Assembly: GCA_965601465.1 (NCBI GenBank)
Contig: OZ271834.1
Span: forward strand, 3,486,928-3,550,927
DNA: 64,000 bases
Source: Ekhidna sp.
GTDB lineage: Bacteria; Bacteroidota; Bacteroidia; Cytophagales; Cyclobacteriaceae
Direction of reading: 5' to 3'
The position numbers and the translations under genes were made by a program. Below the pieces are notes generated by a model. The model was not told where the DNA came from and did no database searches. It saw only the letters and a program-made list of their open reading frames with translations. Positions 38,481 to 48,235 of the stretch are shown piece after piece; position 1 is the stretch's first letter, and every line of letters begins with the position of its first letter.

Positions 38481-39551
38481 ATGTCTAATAAAATTTACTT
38501 CACGCCAGGACCGGCACAGCTATTCTACACTTTCGAGGAACATCTTAAGAAAGCGATTTCTTTGGACATACCCTCGATTTCTCACAGGAGTAAGGAATTC
38601 GTCAAGGTTATGCAAGAGACTACAGAAGCTTTATCAGAGCTTCTTGAATTACCGGATGGTTACGATGTGTTTTTTATTAATTCTGCCAATGAAGGCTGGG
38701 ATCGCATCATTCAGAACCTTGTGACAAATAGCTCACATCATTTTGTAAATGGAGCATTTAGCAAGAAGTTTTATGACTTTGCTATCGCCCATGGAAAATC
38801 AAGTACTGTTACCAAGTCAGAGGATGGCCAGCATTTTACTTCCTGGAAGGTACCAGATTCGGCAGAATTGATTGGTTTAACGAAAAATGAAACAAGTGTT
38901 GGTCACAGTTTTCTTGAAAGTGAGATAGAACAACTTATGAATGAGAATCCTGAAAAGTTAATCGCACTGGATGTGGTAAGTGCAGCTCCTTCCCTACCCA
39001 TTAATTTCAATAATGTTGATACGGCTTACTTTTCTGTTCAAAAAGCTTTTGGATTACCTGCTGGACTTGGAGTATGGATTGCAAATCAAAGGTGTCAGGA
39101 AGTTGCGAATAAAAGAGCCAAAAATGCCAGCCTAGGCTCTTATCGATCACTTCCAAACCTCAAAAAATTCGGTGACAAGGATCAAACGCCAGAGACGCCA
39201 AACATGTTATTCATTTATTTATTGGGCAAAATAGCACAGGATATAATTCGAGCTGGAGTTCAAAAAATGAGAAACGACACCACTTACAAAGCGGCTATTT
39301 TAAATCAAACAATTGAAAATCATCCTTTGCTATCACATTTTGTGGAATCCAAGGATCATCGATCAAAAACTACCATAGTTGCCAAATCAGATCAGAGTAA
39401 CCGTATCCTTCAACACTTTGAAAAAAAGGGGCTTATCCTTGGCACGGGTTATGGTGCTCACAAAGAAAAGCATATCAGAATTGCCAATTTCCCTACCCAC
39501 TCGAAGGAGTCCATAGAAATGTTATGTGATTTATTGGAAAAATTAGAATAA
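38481..39551 (+). CDS. serC: Phosphoserine aminotransferase (class V aminotransferase)
   Basis: SerC-like throughout (FTPGPAQL..., PLP-lysine context FSVQKAFGLPAGLGV, C-terminal IRIANFPTHS). Confidence 0.85.
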   Translation: MSNKIYFTPGPAQLFYTFEEHLKKAISLDIPSISHRSKEFVKVMQETTEALSELLELPDGYDVFFINSANEGWDRIIQNLVTNSSHHFVNGAFSKKFYDFAIAHGKSSTVTKSEDGQHFTSWKVPDSAELIGLTKNETSVGHSFLESEIEQLMNENPEKLIALDVVSAAPSLPINFNNVDTAYFSVQKAFGLPAGLGVWIANQRCQEVANKRAKNASLGSYRSLPNLKKFGDKDQTPETPNMLFIYLLGKIAQDIIRAGVQKMRNDTTYKAAILNQTIENHPLLSHFVESKDHRSKTTIVAKSDQSNRILQHFEKKGLILGTGYGAHKEKHIRIANFPTHSKESIEMLCDLLEKLE

Positions 39552-39671
39552 TATTCTGTTTGATTGAAACAAAATGCAGTGATTCAGTGTATTCTTTTTA
39601 TGAACATAAATATTTCGATAAAAAATATTTATTAAATAAGAAATTGTCATTGATTGATAAAATATCAGTCA

Positions 39672-39679
39672 TACCTTTG
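39672..39679 (+). promoter_or_regulatory. Candidate -7 box (TACCTTTG) for the usp gene
   Basis: TAnnTTTG match 21 nt upstream of TTG 39700, with an ATTG 19 nt further upstream as a weak -33. Confidence 0.45.
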
Positions 39680-39699
39680 CACACATAAACACCCAAAAA

Positions 39700-40611
39700 T
39701 TGATCACGCCTCTTAAAAATATTATCGTCTGCCTTGACCATTCGGAAATGGACAAAGGCCTCATTGAAAATGCCTGCACCATAAGCAAAATCGCAGGAGC
39801 GGACCACATTACTTTTTTAAATGTTATAAGGGACTTTAACCTTCCAGAATCTGTACTTAAAGAATTTCCAGACTTACTGGATAAGGCACTGGCAGAAAGA
39901 AAGAATGAAATTGATGCCTTAATCGAACAGCATTTCAAGTGTGACAATAAAACTTCCACACTCATTTGTCAAGGTGGAGAAGCCAAAGAAATACTGAAAG
40001 CAGCGTCAGATTTAGATGCCGATTTGATCATTTTGGGGCGTAGAACAGGTAGTGATTCAGTACTAAGTACAAGAGTTGCAAGACGATCTCCTTGCAATCT
40101 GTTGCTTATCCCCGAAGGTGTGGAGCTTAAGTTTGAAAAAATCTTTATTCCAGTAGATTTTTCAGATTATTCTTCTCTCTCGTTAAATGGAATCATGGAT
40201 TTCACAAAAGAGCTAAAATCCAAAGTCTATTTGCAAAATGTTTACCAAGTACCTTCCAGTTATCGGTATTCCGGGAAAACGTATAAGGAATTTGCTGATA
40301 TCATGAAAGGACATGCAATCAATGACCTTGAAATACTAATCAAAAACGTTAATAAAAATCAACAAGAGCTTATTCCTGTATGCTCGTTGGATAAGGACGG
40401 CAAAATCATTGACTTGGCTCTTGAAGAAGCTCGAAAGAAAAAAGTCGATTTGATTGTAATGGGTGCCAAAGGAAGAACGACTACCTCTGCCCTATTTATT
40501 GGAAGTAAATCTGAAAGGATGATCAGGATAAATGAAGATATACCTCTGATGGTCATCCGTAAAAAAGGTGCGGTGGCAGGAATTTTAGAGTCACTAATTG
40601 ATCTAAGCTAA
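39700..40611 (+). CDS. Universal stress protein (tandem UspA domains)
   Basis: Two Usp-like halves (NIIVCLDHSE...DLIILGRRTGS; KIFIPVDFSDYS...DLIVMGAKGRT). The TTG start is supported by the conserved N-terminal beta-strand. Confidence 0.8.
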   Translation: MITPLKNIIVCLDHSEMDKGLIENACTISKIAGADHITFLNVIRDFNLPESVLKEFPDLLDKALAERKNEIDALIEQHFKCDNKTSTLICQGGEAKEILKAASDLDADLIILGRRTGSDSVLSTRVARRSPCNLLLIPEGVELKFEKIFIPVDFSDYSSLSLNGIMDFTKELKSKVYLQNVYQVPSSYRYSGKTYKEFADIMKGHAINDLEILIKNVNKNQQELIPVCSLDKDGKIIDLALEEARKKKVDLIVMGAKGRTTTSALFIGSKSERMIRINEDIPLMVIRKKGAVAGILESLIDLS

Positions 40612-41057
40612 CTTCTCATCTTATCCAGTAAGTAATTAAGAGTTTCAGCCTCTTGTTCAGATATCTTGCTAATGGAAGCTTCCCATTTGTCCATATCTGT
40701 ATCCATCTTTTCCAAAAGTTGAAGTCCTTTTTTGGATATCAGAACATCTACCGCTCTTCGGTCTTCTGAGCACTGGCTCCTAATTACCAATTCTTTTTCT
40801 TCCAGCTTATCTACAATTCTGGAGGCATTAGAGCTTTTGTCAAGCATTCGATCAATGAGTAGATTAACCGTAGCAGGTTTTGGATGTTGACCCCTTAAAA
40901 TTCGAAGAATATTGAATTGCGGGGTTGTCAATCCATAAGATTTGAAAAGCTTCGTATTTTGTTGATTAATCCAAGCATTGGTGTAAAGAATATTTACCAC
41001 CGCCTTCGAAAATTGGCTCTTGAACTTTTCTTGCTTAATCTCCTCTGAAATTCCCAT
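40608..41057 (-). CDS. MarR-family transcriptional regulator
   Basis: Winged-helix region (LTTPQFNILRILRGQ...ATVNLLIDRMLDKSSNASRIVDKLEEKELVIR...DRRAVDVLISKKG). Confidence 0.85.
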   Translation of the reverse strand: MGISEEIKQEKFKSQFSKAVVNILYTNAWINQQNTKLFKSYGLTTPQFNILRILRGQHPKPATVNLLIDRMLDKSSNASRIVDKLEEKELVIRSQCSEDRRAVDVLISKKGLQLLEKMDTDMDKWEASISKISEQEAETLNYLLDKMRS

Positions 41058-41075
41058 ATCGCTTAATTAAATACA

Positions 41076-41090
41076 ATTACATTAAATGTA
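41076..41090. promoter_or_regulatory. Perfect 15-bp palindrome, candidate MarR operator
   Basis: TTACATT-A-AATGTAA, 19-33 nt upstream of the marR-like start, in the divergent intergenic region shared with the ECF sigma gene. Confidence 0.35.
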
Positions 41091-41189
41091 ACAACATTTC
41101 TTAAAAAAGGTTGCCTATCCAATAATTTTATCCTCAAATTAAACCTTCAATTATCTTTATCATCTAAGTCTCGTACCCACCTGAAAAAA

Positions 41190-41726
41190 TTGGAAGATTT
41201 AATAATAGAAAAAATCCGTGAAGAGGAGACCCGTAATTATGGGTTCAATCTTTTGGTACGAGAGTATCAGGAACGCATCTATTGGCATGTTAGAAAAATG
41301 GTGATCGATCATGATGATGCAGATGACTTAGTACAGGAGATTTTCGTTAAAGTTTGGAATAACCTTAACAAGTTCAGGGAAGACTCAAAACTCTATACCT
41401 GGATCTATCGAATAGCTACGAACGAGTGTCTCAATTTTCTAAAAAAGAAGAAGAGACGATTTTTCTTACCGATTCACGATCTGGAAGGGGAGCTTACTGA
41501 GAAACTGACCAGTAGTGTTGAGCCAAGTGGCGATGAAGTTCAAATGAAACTTCAGAAAGCGTTGTTAAAACTTCCAGACAAGCAGCGAATGGTGTTTAAC
41601 ATGAAATATTATGAAGACATGAAGTTTACCGAAATCGCAGAGATTACAGGGACCAGTGTTGGAGCACTAAAGGCCAGTTATCATCATGCGGTAAAAAAAA
41701 TTGAAGAATTTATAAATACCGATTAA
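41190..41726 (+). CDS. ECF-type RNA polymerase sigma-70 family factor
   Basis: Region 2 (DDADDLVQEIFVKVW...LYTWIYRIATNECLNF) and region 4 (LPDKQRMVFNMKYYEDMKFTEIAEITGTSVGALKASYHHAVKKI). TTG start. Confidence 0.85.
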   Translation: MEDLIIEKIREEETRNYGFNLLVREYQERIYWHVRKMVIDHDDADDLVQEIFVKVWNNLNKFREDSKLYTWIYRIATNECLNFLKKKKRRFFLPIHDLEGELTEKLTSSVEPSGDEVQMKLQKALLKLPDKQRMVFNMKYYEDMKFTEIAEITGTSVGALKASYHHAVKKIEEFINTD

Positions 41727-41761
41727 ACCTTTGGACCTTTAAACCATCTAATGGAAACGAG

Positions 41762-42184
41762 ATGAAGTATAAACTAGACGATATCGACAAAAAAGAATCA
41801 TTTAAAGTGCCTGAAGGCTACTTTGAAGATTTGCCTTTAAAGATCCAGCAACGGATCTCTAAGGAAGAGAAATCGCATGGAATAAGAGTTCCAGGCTGGA
41901 GTCTTGCACTTGCTGCATCGATCTTATTGCTGGTAACATTTGTATTTATTCTTCCAAGCAATGATGCTTCAGCTGAAGAACTTCTTGCTCAAATTTCGCA
42001 GGAAGAGATCGTAGCATATCTCGATCAAATAGAATTAGATGAATTTGATATCGCCTCAGCGATAGGAGATGAAGTTAATGAACTTGATTTTAATGACACG
42101 AATGTATTGGATGGAGTTGATTTAGAAGATCAGTCTCTTGATGATGTATTAATAGAATATGATTTAGCAGACGAATACCTATAA
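41762..42184 (+). CDS. Hypothetical single-pass membrane protein (anti-sigma-factor-like position)
   Basis: 140 aa with one TM helix (WSLALAASILLLVTFVFIL) and an acidic C-terminus. It immediately follows the ECF sigma gene. Confidence 0.45.
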   Translation: MKYKLDDIDKKESFKVPEGYFEDLPLKIQQRISKEEKSHGIRVPGWSLALAASILLLVTFVFILPSNDASAEELLAQISQEEIVAYLDQIELDEFDIASAIGDEVNELDFNDTNVLDGVDLEDQSLDDVLIEYDLADEYL

Positions 42185-42186
42185 CG

Positions 42187-42663
42187 ATGAAAAAGATATT
42201 ATTAATAATTGCATTTTGTGCTTGCTTTGGTGTTTTTGGGCAAAGTCCTGAAACATTGAAAAAAATTGAGGCAGCCAAAATCGCTTTGATAACCGAGCGG
42301 TTAGAACTGTCACCAGAGCAAGCAGAAAAGTTCTGGCCTATCTACAGAGAGTATGGCCAAAGGAGAAAGGAGATCAGAAAAGATTTTGATCTGGCAAGAA
42401 AGACTTTCGATCCGAATAAGGCATCAGAAGAAGAGAATAAGAAAATGCTGGACATGGCGAATCAGGTCAAAGACAGACAGTTAAAGCTAGAGCGAGATTA
42501 TGCAGATAGAATGTCGAAGGTGATTACATCCAGACAGATAAATAACTTGCGGAAAGCAGAAAATGATTTTAAGGAGATGTTAATCAGACGAGTACGTGCA
42601 CAGCAGATGCAAAGACAGAAGCAGAAGAGAAACAACGACCGATTGAACAATCGTCGAAACTAA
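42187..42663 (+). CDS. Periplasmic Spy/CpxP-like helical protein
   Basis: Signal peptide, LxxxQ-type helical repeats (LELSPEQAEKFWPIYREY) and a highly charged helical remainder. Confidence 0.45.
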   Translation: MKKILLIIAFCACFGVFGQSPETLKKIEAAKIALITERLELSPEQAEKFWPIYREYGQRRKEIRKDFDLARKTFDPNKASEEENKKMLDMANQVKDRQLKLERDYADRMSKVITSRQINNLRKAENDFKEMLIRRVRAQQMQRQKQKRNNDRLNNRRN

Positions 42664-42681
42664 ACCAACCTATCCTACCTG

Positions 42682-43782
42682 ATGTATCGCACGGTAACCA
42701 TATTGGTGCTGCTGTTGTTAACTCTTCCATCTGTTTCGCAAGAAGCCAGTTTGAGCTATGCAGAGCAGCTACAAGCAATTGAGGATGAAATGGATTCACT
42801 TTCTATTTTTAACCTAATAGATGAAGTTTTTGCCTCCGAAGATCCTGCCAATGAGCTCAGTATTCGAATGGGCTTTACTACCAATGTGACAAGTGCCGGA
42901 CGTGATTATGATATTAGCCAAAGTGGAATATCAGCCGGTGCTTCATACTATCATAAATCTGGTCTTTTCGGAGATCTTGCAGGTTATTGGAACAGTGGTG
43001 TTGACCCCAATTACAATCCTACAATTCTGTCTGTTGGCTATCTGGGAAGTTTTAAAAACAGAAAATGGAGTTATTCAATGGATGCGGAAAGATGGTTCTT
43101 TAATCCAAATGATTCCTCCAACAATCCTCTTACTTCTTCTCTTGGAGCTTCATTAACCTATGATTTTGAATGGGGTTTTGCAACGGTAGATTACTCCTTT
43201 TTATTTGGTGAGGAAACTGCAAACCGATTAATTTCAAGCTTATCTGGCACGATTGGATTAGGCAAATGGTGGATATTCAACAACGTTAGCTTCTACCCCT
43301 CTGTAAGTATGATGACTGGAAATAGTGACATTACGCAACTCAGAATTACGGACCAGGAAGTAAGTGCTCAAACAGCTAATCGCATCAATCGATTAACATC
43401 CTTTGCAGATTTGACATTGGAACAAAGAAAGTTTATTGGATTGCTGATTTTAAGAGCCTTTGAAAATGACATCATCGATGAATCAACAAGAAATAGCCTA
43501 TTAAGGGATTTAAGAAATGCCCAAACACTTACCCCGGAAAACAAATCAGCATTGGAAACAATAGCTAGCGAAGGGTACCAAACCGAAGAACTTGTTGATG
43601 GAAAAAGATTTGGCACATTAAATTACGCCTTCACACTACCCCTCTCCCTCTCAACCGATCGTATATTTATTCTATTAAGTTACACTTACAGCATCCCTGT
43701 ACAATTACCAGATGAATTCATAGAGGTCGAACCGATTGGATTTTTTGGAGCTTCAATTTCTTATAGAATACCTTTTAAATAA
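42682..43782 (+). CDS. Secreted hypothetical protein, possibly an outer-membrane beta-barrel
   Basis: Signal peptide MYRTVTILVLLLLTLPSVSQ, alternating aromatic/polar beta-strand-like stretches, and a C-terminus ...SISYRIPFK. Confidence 0.4.
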   Translation: MYRTVTILVLLLLTLPSVSQEASLSYAEQLQAIEDEMDSLSIFNLIDEVFASEDPANELSIRMGFTTNVTSAGRDYDISQSGISAGASYYHKSGLFGDLAGYWNSGVDPNYNPTILSVGYLGSFKNRKWSYSMDAERWFFNPNDSSNNPLTSSLGASLTYDFEWGFATVDYSFLFGEETANRLISSLSGTIGLGKWWIFNNVSFYPSVSMMTGNSDITQLRITDQEVSAQTANRINRLTSFADLTLEQRKFIGLLILRAFENDIIDESTRNSLLRDLRNAQTLTPENKSALETIASEGYQTEELVDGKRFGTLNYAFTLPLSLSTDRIFILLSYTYSIPVQLPDEFIEVEPIGFFGASISYRIPFK

Positions 43783-43807
43783 TCGCTGAAGAAATGGAAT
43801 AAAAGTC

Positions 43808-43815
43808 TACCTTTG
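43808..43815 (+). promoter_or_regulatory. Candidate -7 box (TACCTTTG) for pyrG
   Basis: TAnnTTTG match 34 nt upstream of ATG 43849. Confidence 0.4.
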
Positions 43816-43848
43816 CATCCCGTAACAAGGAAAAGGAAAACGCTCTTC

Positions 43849-45468
43849 ATGTCTAAAACTAAATACATTTTTGTTACGGGCGGTGTAACATCTTCACTCG
43901 GAAAAGGAATCATCGCAGCCTCTCTTGGTAAACTACTACAAGCCAGAGGCTTATCCGTGACCATTCAAAAATTTGACCCGTACATCAATATAGATCCCGG
44001 CACTCTAAATCCATATGAACATGGAGAGTGTTACGTTACAAATGATGGCGCGGAAACTGATCTGGACCTTGGTCATTACGAACGTTTTCTCAGTATTGAA
44101 ACCTCACAGGCAAACAATGTAACCACAGGTAGGATCTACTACAATGTGATTCAGAAAGAACGTCAAGGAGAGTTTCTCGGTAAGACAGTTCAGGTAATTC
44201 CTCACATTACAGATGAAATCAAAAACAACATTTACCGACTCGGTGAGACAGGTAAATACGATGTTGTCATAACAGAAATTGGAGGATGTGTTGGTGATAT
44301 TGAATCACTTCCCTTCATAGAAGCAGTAAGACAAGCTCGATTTGAATTGGGTCCTACCAATAGCATCTCGATTCACCTTACATTGATTCCTTACCTGAAA
44401 GCATCTGGAGAGTTAAAAACCAAACCGACCCAACATTCGGTAAAAGAACTATTAGAGGCCGGTATTCAACCGGATATTCTGGTATGTCGATCGGAGTACC
44501 CAATCTCTCAGGAAATACGTAAGAAATTGGCATTATTTTGTAACGTACCTATTAATTCAGTCATCGAAGCATTAGATGCTCCAACTATCTATGATGTGCC
44601 GATACTGATGAGAAAAGAAAAGCTGGATGAACGAGTGCTCACCAAGTTTAAGATGCCTTACAAGAAGGAACCAAAAATTGTAAAGTGGAAAGAATTTCTT
44701 GGAAGGCTTAAAAACCCAACAGATTCTGTTAATATAGGTTTAGTGGGTAAATATGTGGAACTGCAAGATGCTTACAAGTCGATTGCTGAGTCATTTATTC
44801 ATGCAGGTGCGGCGAATGAATGCAAAGTAAACGTGAAATGGATTCATGCCGAAGAACTTGATGGAGACAATGTTCGTAAGTCTCTTCAAGACCTTGATGG
44901 CATATTAGTAGCACCTGGTTTTGGAGAAAGAGGGATTGAAGGAAAAATTTATGCTGTACAGTATGCAAGAGAAAACAAAATACCATTCTTTGGTATTTGT
45001 TTAGGTATGCAATGTGCAGTTATCGAGTTTGCCAGAAACGTCATTGGAAAGAAAAAAGCCAATAGTACGGAAATGACGAAAACCTCCTACCCTGTCATTG
45101 ACCTGATGGAAAGTCAGAAAAACATTAAAGACATGGGTGGAACCATGAGACTTGGAGCTTATGTTTGCGAACTCAAAAAGGGTAGTAAAGCATATGCCGC
45201 ATACGGTTCTAAAAAAATAATGGAACGCCACCGACATAGATATGAGTTTAACAACAAGTATTTGGAAGACTACCAGAACGCAGGAATGACTGCCACAGGT
45301 ATTAATCCAAAGACTAATCTTGTAGAAATTATGGAGATTGCAGATCATCCATGGTTTGTTGGGACTCAATATCACCCAGAATTAAAATCAACAGTAATGG
45401 ATCCACATCCACTGTTTGTAAAATTTATCAAAGCATCTCTTGACCGAAAGAAAAGTCAAGAAGCATAA
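43849..45468 (+). CDS. pyrG: CTP synthase
   Basis: [21 protein letters not shown]... and the glutaminase domain GICLGMQ...[11 protein letters not shown] 43849 is preferred over the tracked upstream start at 43813. Confidence 0.95.
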   Translation: MSKTKYIFVTGGVTSSLGKGIIAASLGKLLQARGLSVTIQKFDPYINIDPGTLNPYEHGECYVTNDGAETDLDLGHYERFLSIETSQANNVTTGRIYYNVIQKERQGEFLGKTVQVIPHITDEIKNNIYRLGETGKYDVVITEIGGCVGDIESLPFIEAVRQARFELGPTNSISIHLTLIPYLKASGELKTKPTQHSVKELLEAGIQPDILVCRSEYPISQEIRKKLALFCNVPINSVIEALDAPTIYDVPILMRKEKLDERVLTKFKMPYKKEPKIVKWKEFLGRLKNPTDSVNIGLVGKYVELQDAYKSIAESFIHAGAANECKVNVKWIHAEELDGDNVRKSLQDLDGILVAPGFGERGIEGKIYAVQYARENKIPFFGICLGMQCAVIEFARNVIGKKKANSTEMTKTSYPVIDLMESQKNIKDMGGTMRLGAYVCELKKGSKAYAAYGSKKIMERHRHRYEFNNKYLEDYQNAGMTATGINPKTNLVEIMEIADHPWFVGTQYHPELKSTVMDPHPLFVKFIKASLDRKKSQEA

Positions 45469-45478
45469 TTCATACTAA

Positions 45479-47299
45479 ATGGATCGAAATCAATTTATAG
45501 GACTAATCCTAATGTTTGCCTTATTGGCAGTTTACTTCACATGGTTTGCCCCTGAACCACCAGTTCCCGAAGAATTGGTAACTCAAGAAGAACCAGTAAC
45601 GGAACCAACAGCTGAAGCCGTTTCAATTGATACGCTAACATCAACTGTATCAGAGATTCCTGATTCTTTGCAAGCAACATTAAACGTTCAGAAATACGGA
45701 GCTTTCGCTTTTGCTTCCGAGGGTGAAGAAAAAGATGAGCTCATTCAAAATGAAGAATTATCCATTTTGTTTTCCAACAAAGGTGGAAGAATTAAAAATG
45801 TCTACCTAAATAATCACAAGGATTACATGGGCAACCAGCTTGTACTGATGGATGCCGCAAAATCAAAAACTGATTTAATTGTTGATCACAATGGAAGAAA
45901 GATCAATCTATCCGAACTCATATTTATACCTGCCATCAGCAATCAAGGAGATACCACAGTAATTTCTTATGTTCTTTCTGAAGGAAATTTCTCAATCACA
46001 CAAGAATACCTAATCCCTCCAACAGGATTTGAAGTTTCTTACCGTGTGAAAACTTCCGGATTGAACAATATTTTGAATCCTACTGATATCAATTTCAATT
46101 GGTATCATGCTGTAAACCGTGCTGAAAACAATTTAGATGATAGTCGTCTCAATAGTAATGTTAGATACTATCGAGCAGATGGAGAGTATGATGAACTGGC
46201 TGAACGTTCTACAGAATTCGAAGATGAGACCATTGGTAGTCAGGTCAAATGGGTGTCATTTAAGCAGAAGTTCTTCAGTGCGGCAATCATTGCTGATAAT
46301 GCCTTCAAATCAGGTTATATAAGCCAAACGGTGGACTTTGCAGATTCAAGTTCTGTAAAGAATCATTCCATGCAAATGCTCATCCCTTATTCAGATTTTG
46401 CGAATGGGTTTGGTGCTAGATTCTATTTCGGATCTAATAAATATGATATTCTTAAGAAAGTTGCACCAGAGTTTGAAGAAAACCTGGATATGGGCTGGGG
46501 TCCACTACCTGTAGTGAACAAATTCCTAATTATCCCAATCTTCCACTTCCTGGAAAGATTCCTTACCAACTATGGAATCATCATTCTTATCGTAGTAATC
46601 GTTATTCGATTGATTCTTTCTCCGTTGACATGGAAATCTCATATGTCAATGGCCAAGATGCGTGCGATGAAACCCGAGCTTGACGAATTGAAAGCCAAGT
46701 ATGAAGGAGACATGCAGAAGACGCAGCAAGAACAAATGAAATTGTATCAGCAGGTGGGCATCAATCCTGTCAGCGGATGTATTCCAATGTTGCTTCAAAT
46801 GCCAATTCTATTCTCCTTGTTTTTCTTCTTCCCAAATGCAGTGGAATTGAGACAGGAGTCATTCTTGTGGGCAAGTGATTTATCTACGTATGACAGTGTG
46901 CTAAACTTACCTTTTTCGATTCCATTTTATGGAGATCATGTGAGTATGTTCACGCTTTTAATGACGCTATCTACACTTCTGTACACTTGGAGTAACAGCC
47001 AAATTACGACCGTACAGGGACCAATGAAGACCTTGCAGTACATGATGCCTATCATGTTCTTGTTTGTCCTCAATAGCTATGCATCTGGGTTGACGTTCTA
47101 TTATTTTGTTTCGAATATGACCACCTTCGGTCAAACGATTTTGTTCAGGAAGATTATCGATGAAGATAAGATTCACAAACTTCTGCAAGAGAATAAGAAG
47201 AAGAACGCAAACAAGAAGAAGTCAAAATTCCAGACAAGACTGGAAGAAGCTATGAAGGCAAATCAAGAAGCTCAGAAAAAGAGCAAAAAGAAAAAATAG
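45479..47299 (+). CDS. yidC: Membrane protein insertase YidC (long Bacteroidetes form)
   Basis: N-terminal TM helix, a large periplasmic domain, a conserved C-terminal core (LSPLTWKSHMSMAKMRAMKPELDELKAKY...GCIPMLLQMPILF) and a Lys-rich tail. Confidence 0.9.
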   Translation: MDRNQFIGLILMFALLAVYFTWFAPEPPVPEELVTQEEPVTEPTAEAVSIDTLTSTVSEIPDSLQATLNVQKYGAFAFASEGEEKDELIQNEELSILFSNKGGRIKNVYLNNHKDYMGNQLVLMDAAKSKTDLIVDHNGRKINLSELIFIPAISNQGDTTVISYVLSEGNFSITQEYLIPPTGFEVSYRVKTSGLNNILNPTDINFNWYHAVNRAENNLDDSRLNSNVRYYRADGEYDELAERSTEFEDETIGSQVKWVSFKQKFFSAAIIADNAFKSGYISQTVDFADSSSVKNHSMQMLIPYSDFANGFGARFYFGSNKYDILKKVAPEFEENLDMGWGPLPVVNKFLIIPIFHFLERFLTNYGIIILIVVIVIRLILSPLTWKSHMSMAKMRAMKPELDELKAKYEGDMQKTQQEQMKLYQQVGINPVSGCIPMLLQMPILFSLFFFFPNAVELRQESFLWASDLSTYDSVLNLPFSIPFYGDHVSMFTLLMTLSTLLYTWSNSQITTVQGPMKTLQYMMPIMFLFVLNSYASGLTFYYFVSNMTTFGQTILFRKIIDEDKIHKLLQENKKKNANKKKSKFQTRLEEAMKANQEAQKKSKKKK

Positions 47300-47317
47300 A
47301 TTGTTGATATCTACGTT

Positions 47318-47361
47318 AAAAACCTTGGTTCAAATCAAAAGAATCAAGGTTTTTCTTTTTT
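47318..47361 (+). terminator. Rho-independent terminator after yidC
   Basis: aaaaaccttg(gttc)-aaatcaaaa-(gaat)caaggttttt stem followed by a T-rich tract (tttttcttttt). Confidence 0.7.
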
Positions 47362-47404
47362 ACACAAGTTATTCACAACATGATTATCTTGAGATCAGGT
47401 TAGA

Positions 47405-47412
47405 TATATTTG
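47405..47412 (+). promoter_or_regulatory. Candidate -7 box (TATATTTG) for parA
   Basis: TAnnTTTG match 43 nt upstream of ATG 47455. Confidence 0.35.
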
Positions 47413-47454
47413 TGTCCTTTACACTACCTAAAATCACATCTGAAAAACGAAACT

Positions 47455-48231
47455 ATGGGTAAAATCATTTCTATTGCAAATCAAAAAGGAGGAGTTGGCA
47501 AGACCACTTCAGCGATCAATCTTGCTGCTAGTTTAGCCGCCTTAGAGTTCAAAACATTGATCGTTGATGCAGACCCGCAGGCAAATGCGACATCTGGAGT
47601 AGGCATTGATCCGAAGAATGTAGAAGTGAGTATTTACGAATGCATGGTGGATGGAGCGAGTGCAAAGGAAAGTATCGTTGAGACAGACATCAAATTTTTA
47701 GACCTTCTGCCTTCACACATTGACTTAGTGGGCGCTGAAGTTGAGATGGTAAACATTGAAGATCGTGAAGAAAAGATGAAGATCGCCCTTGCTGAGGTAA
47801 GAGATGATTATGACTTCATCATTATTGACTGTTCACCTTCTTTGGGATTAATTACGATTAATGCGCTAACAGCTTCGGACTCAGTTATTGTACCTGTACA
47901 GTGTGAGTACTTCGCGCTTGAAGGACTTGGTAAACTTCTTAATACCATCAAGATCATTCAGACAAGACTTAACCCTGATCTTGATATAGAAGGTATACTA
48001 CTCACCATGTATGATGTTCGATTGAATCTTGCCAATCAGGTAGTAGAAGAAGTGAAGATGCACTTCGAATCGTTGGTGTTTAGCACCATGATACCGAGAA
48101 ACATCAAGCTAAGTGAGTCTCCTGGATTCGGCATGCCTGCAATTACGCACGATGCAGATAGCAAAGGCTCTATCAGCTATCTCAACTTAGCCAAAGAAAT
48201 TTTAGAAAGAAACGAAGTAAAAGCAGCCTGA
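47455..48231 (+). CDS. parA: ParA/Soj chromosome-partitioning ATPase
   Basis: MGKIISIANQKGGVGKTT deviant Walker A. ATG 47455 is preferred over the tracked TTG 47410. Confidence 0.9.
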   Translation: MGKIISIANQKGGVGKTTSAINLAASLAALEFKTLIVDADPQANATSGVGIDPKNVEVSIYECMVDGASAKESIVETDIKFLDLLPSHIDLVGAEVEMVNIEDREEKMKIALAEVRDDYDFIIIDCSPSLGLITINALTASDSVIVPVQCEYFALEGLGKLLNTIKIIQTRLNPDLDIEGILLTMYDVRLNLANQVVEEVKMHFESLVFSTMIPRNIKLSESPGFGMPAITHDADSKGSISYLNLAKEILERNEVKAA

Positions 48232-48235
48232 AGAG

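Noticed and set aside
39700-39702. Unusually frequent non-ATG starts (usp, ECF sigma, methyltransferase, GSCFA, receiver, sensor, barrel gene, DUF983) as a sign of an altered initiation code
   Set aside because: Roughly eight of about 58 genes is within the normal bacterial range for TTG and GTG starts. Several of these starts are also uncertain without experimental data.
47369-47377. oriC or DnaA-box cluster near yidC-parA-parB
   Set aside because: Only one DnaA-box-like 9-mer (TTATTCACA) was found in the yidC-parA intergenic region. There is no cluster, no AT-rich unwinding element and no dnaA or dnaN gene nearby.
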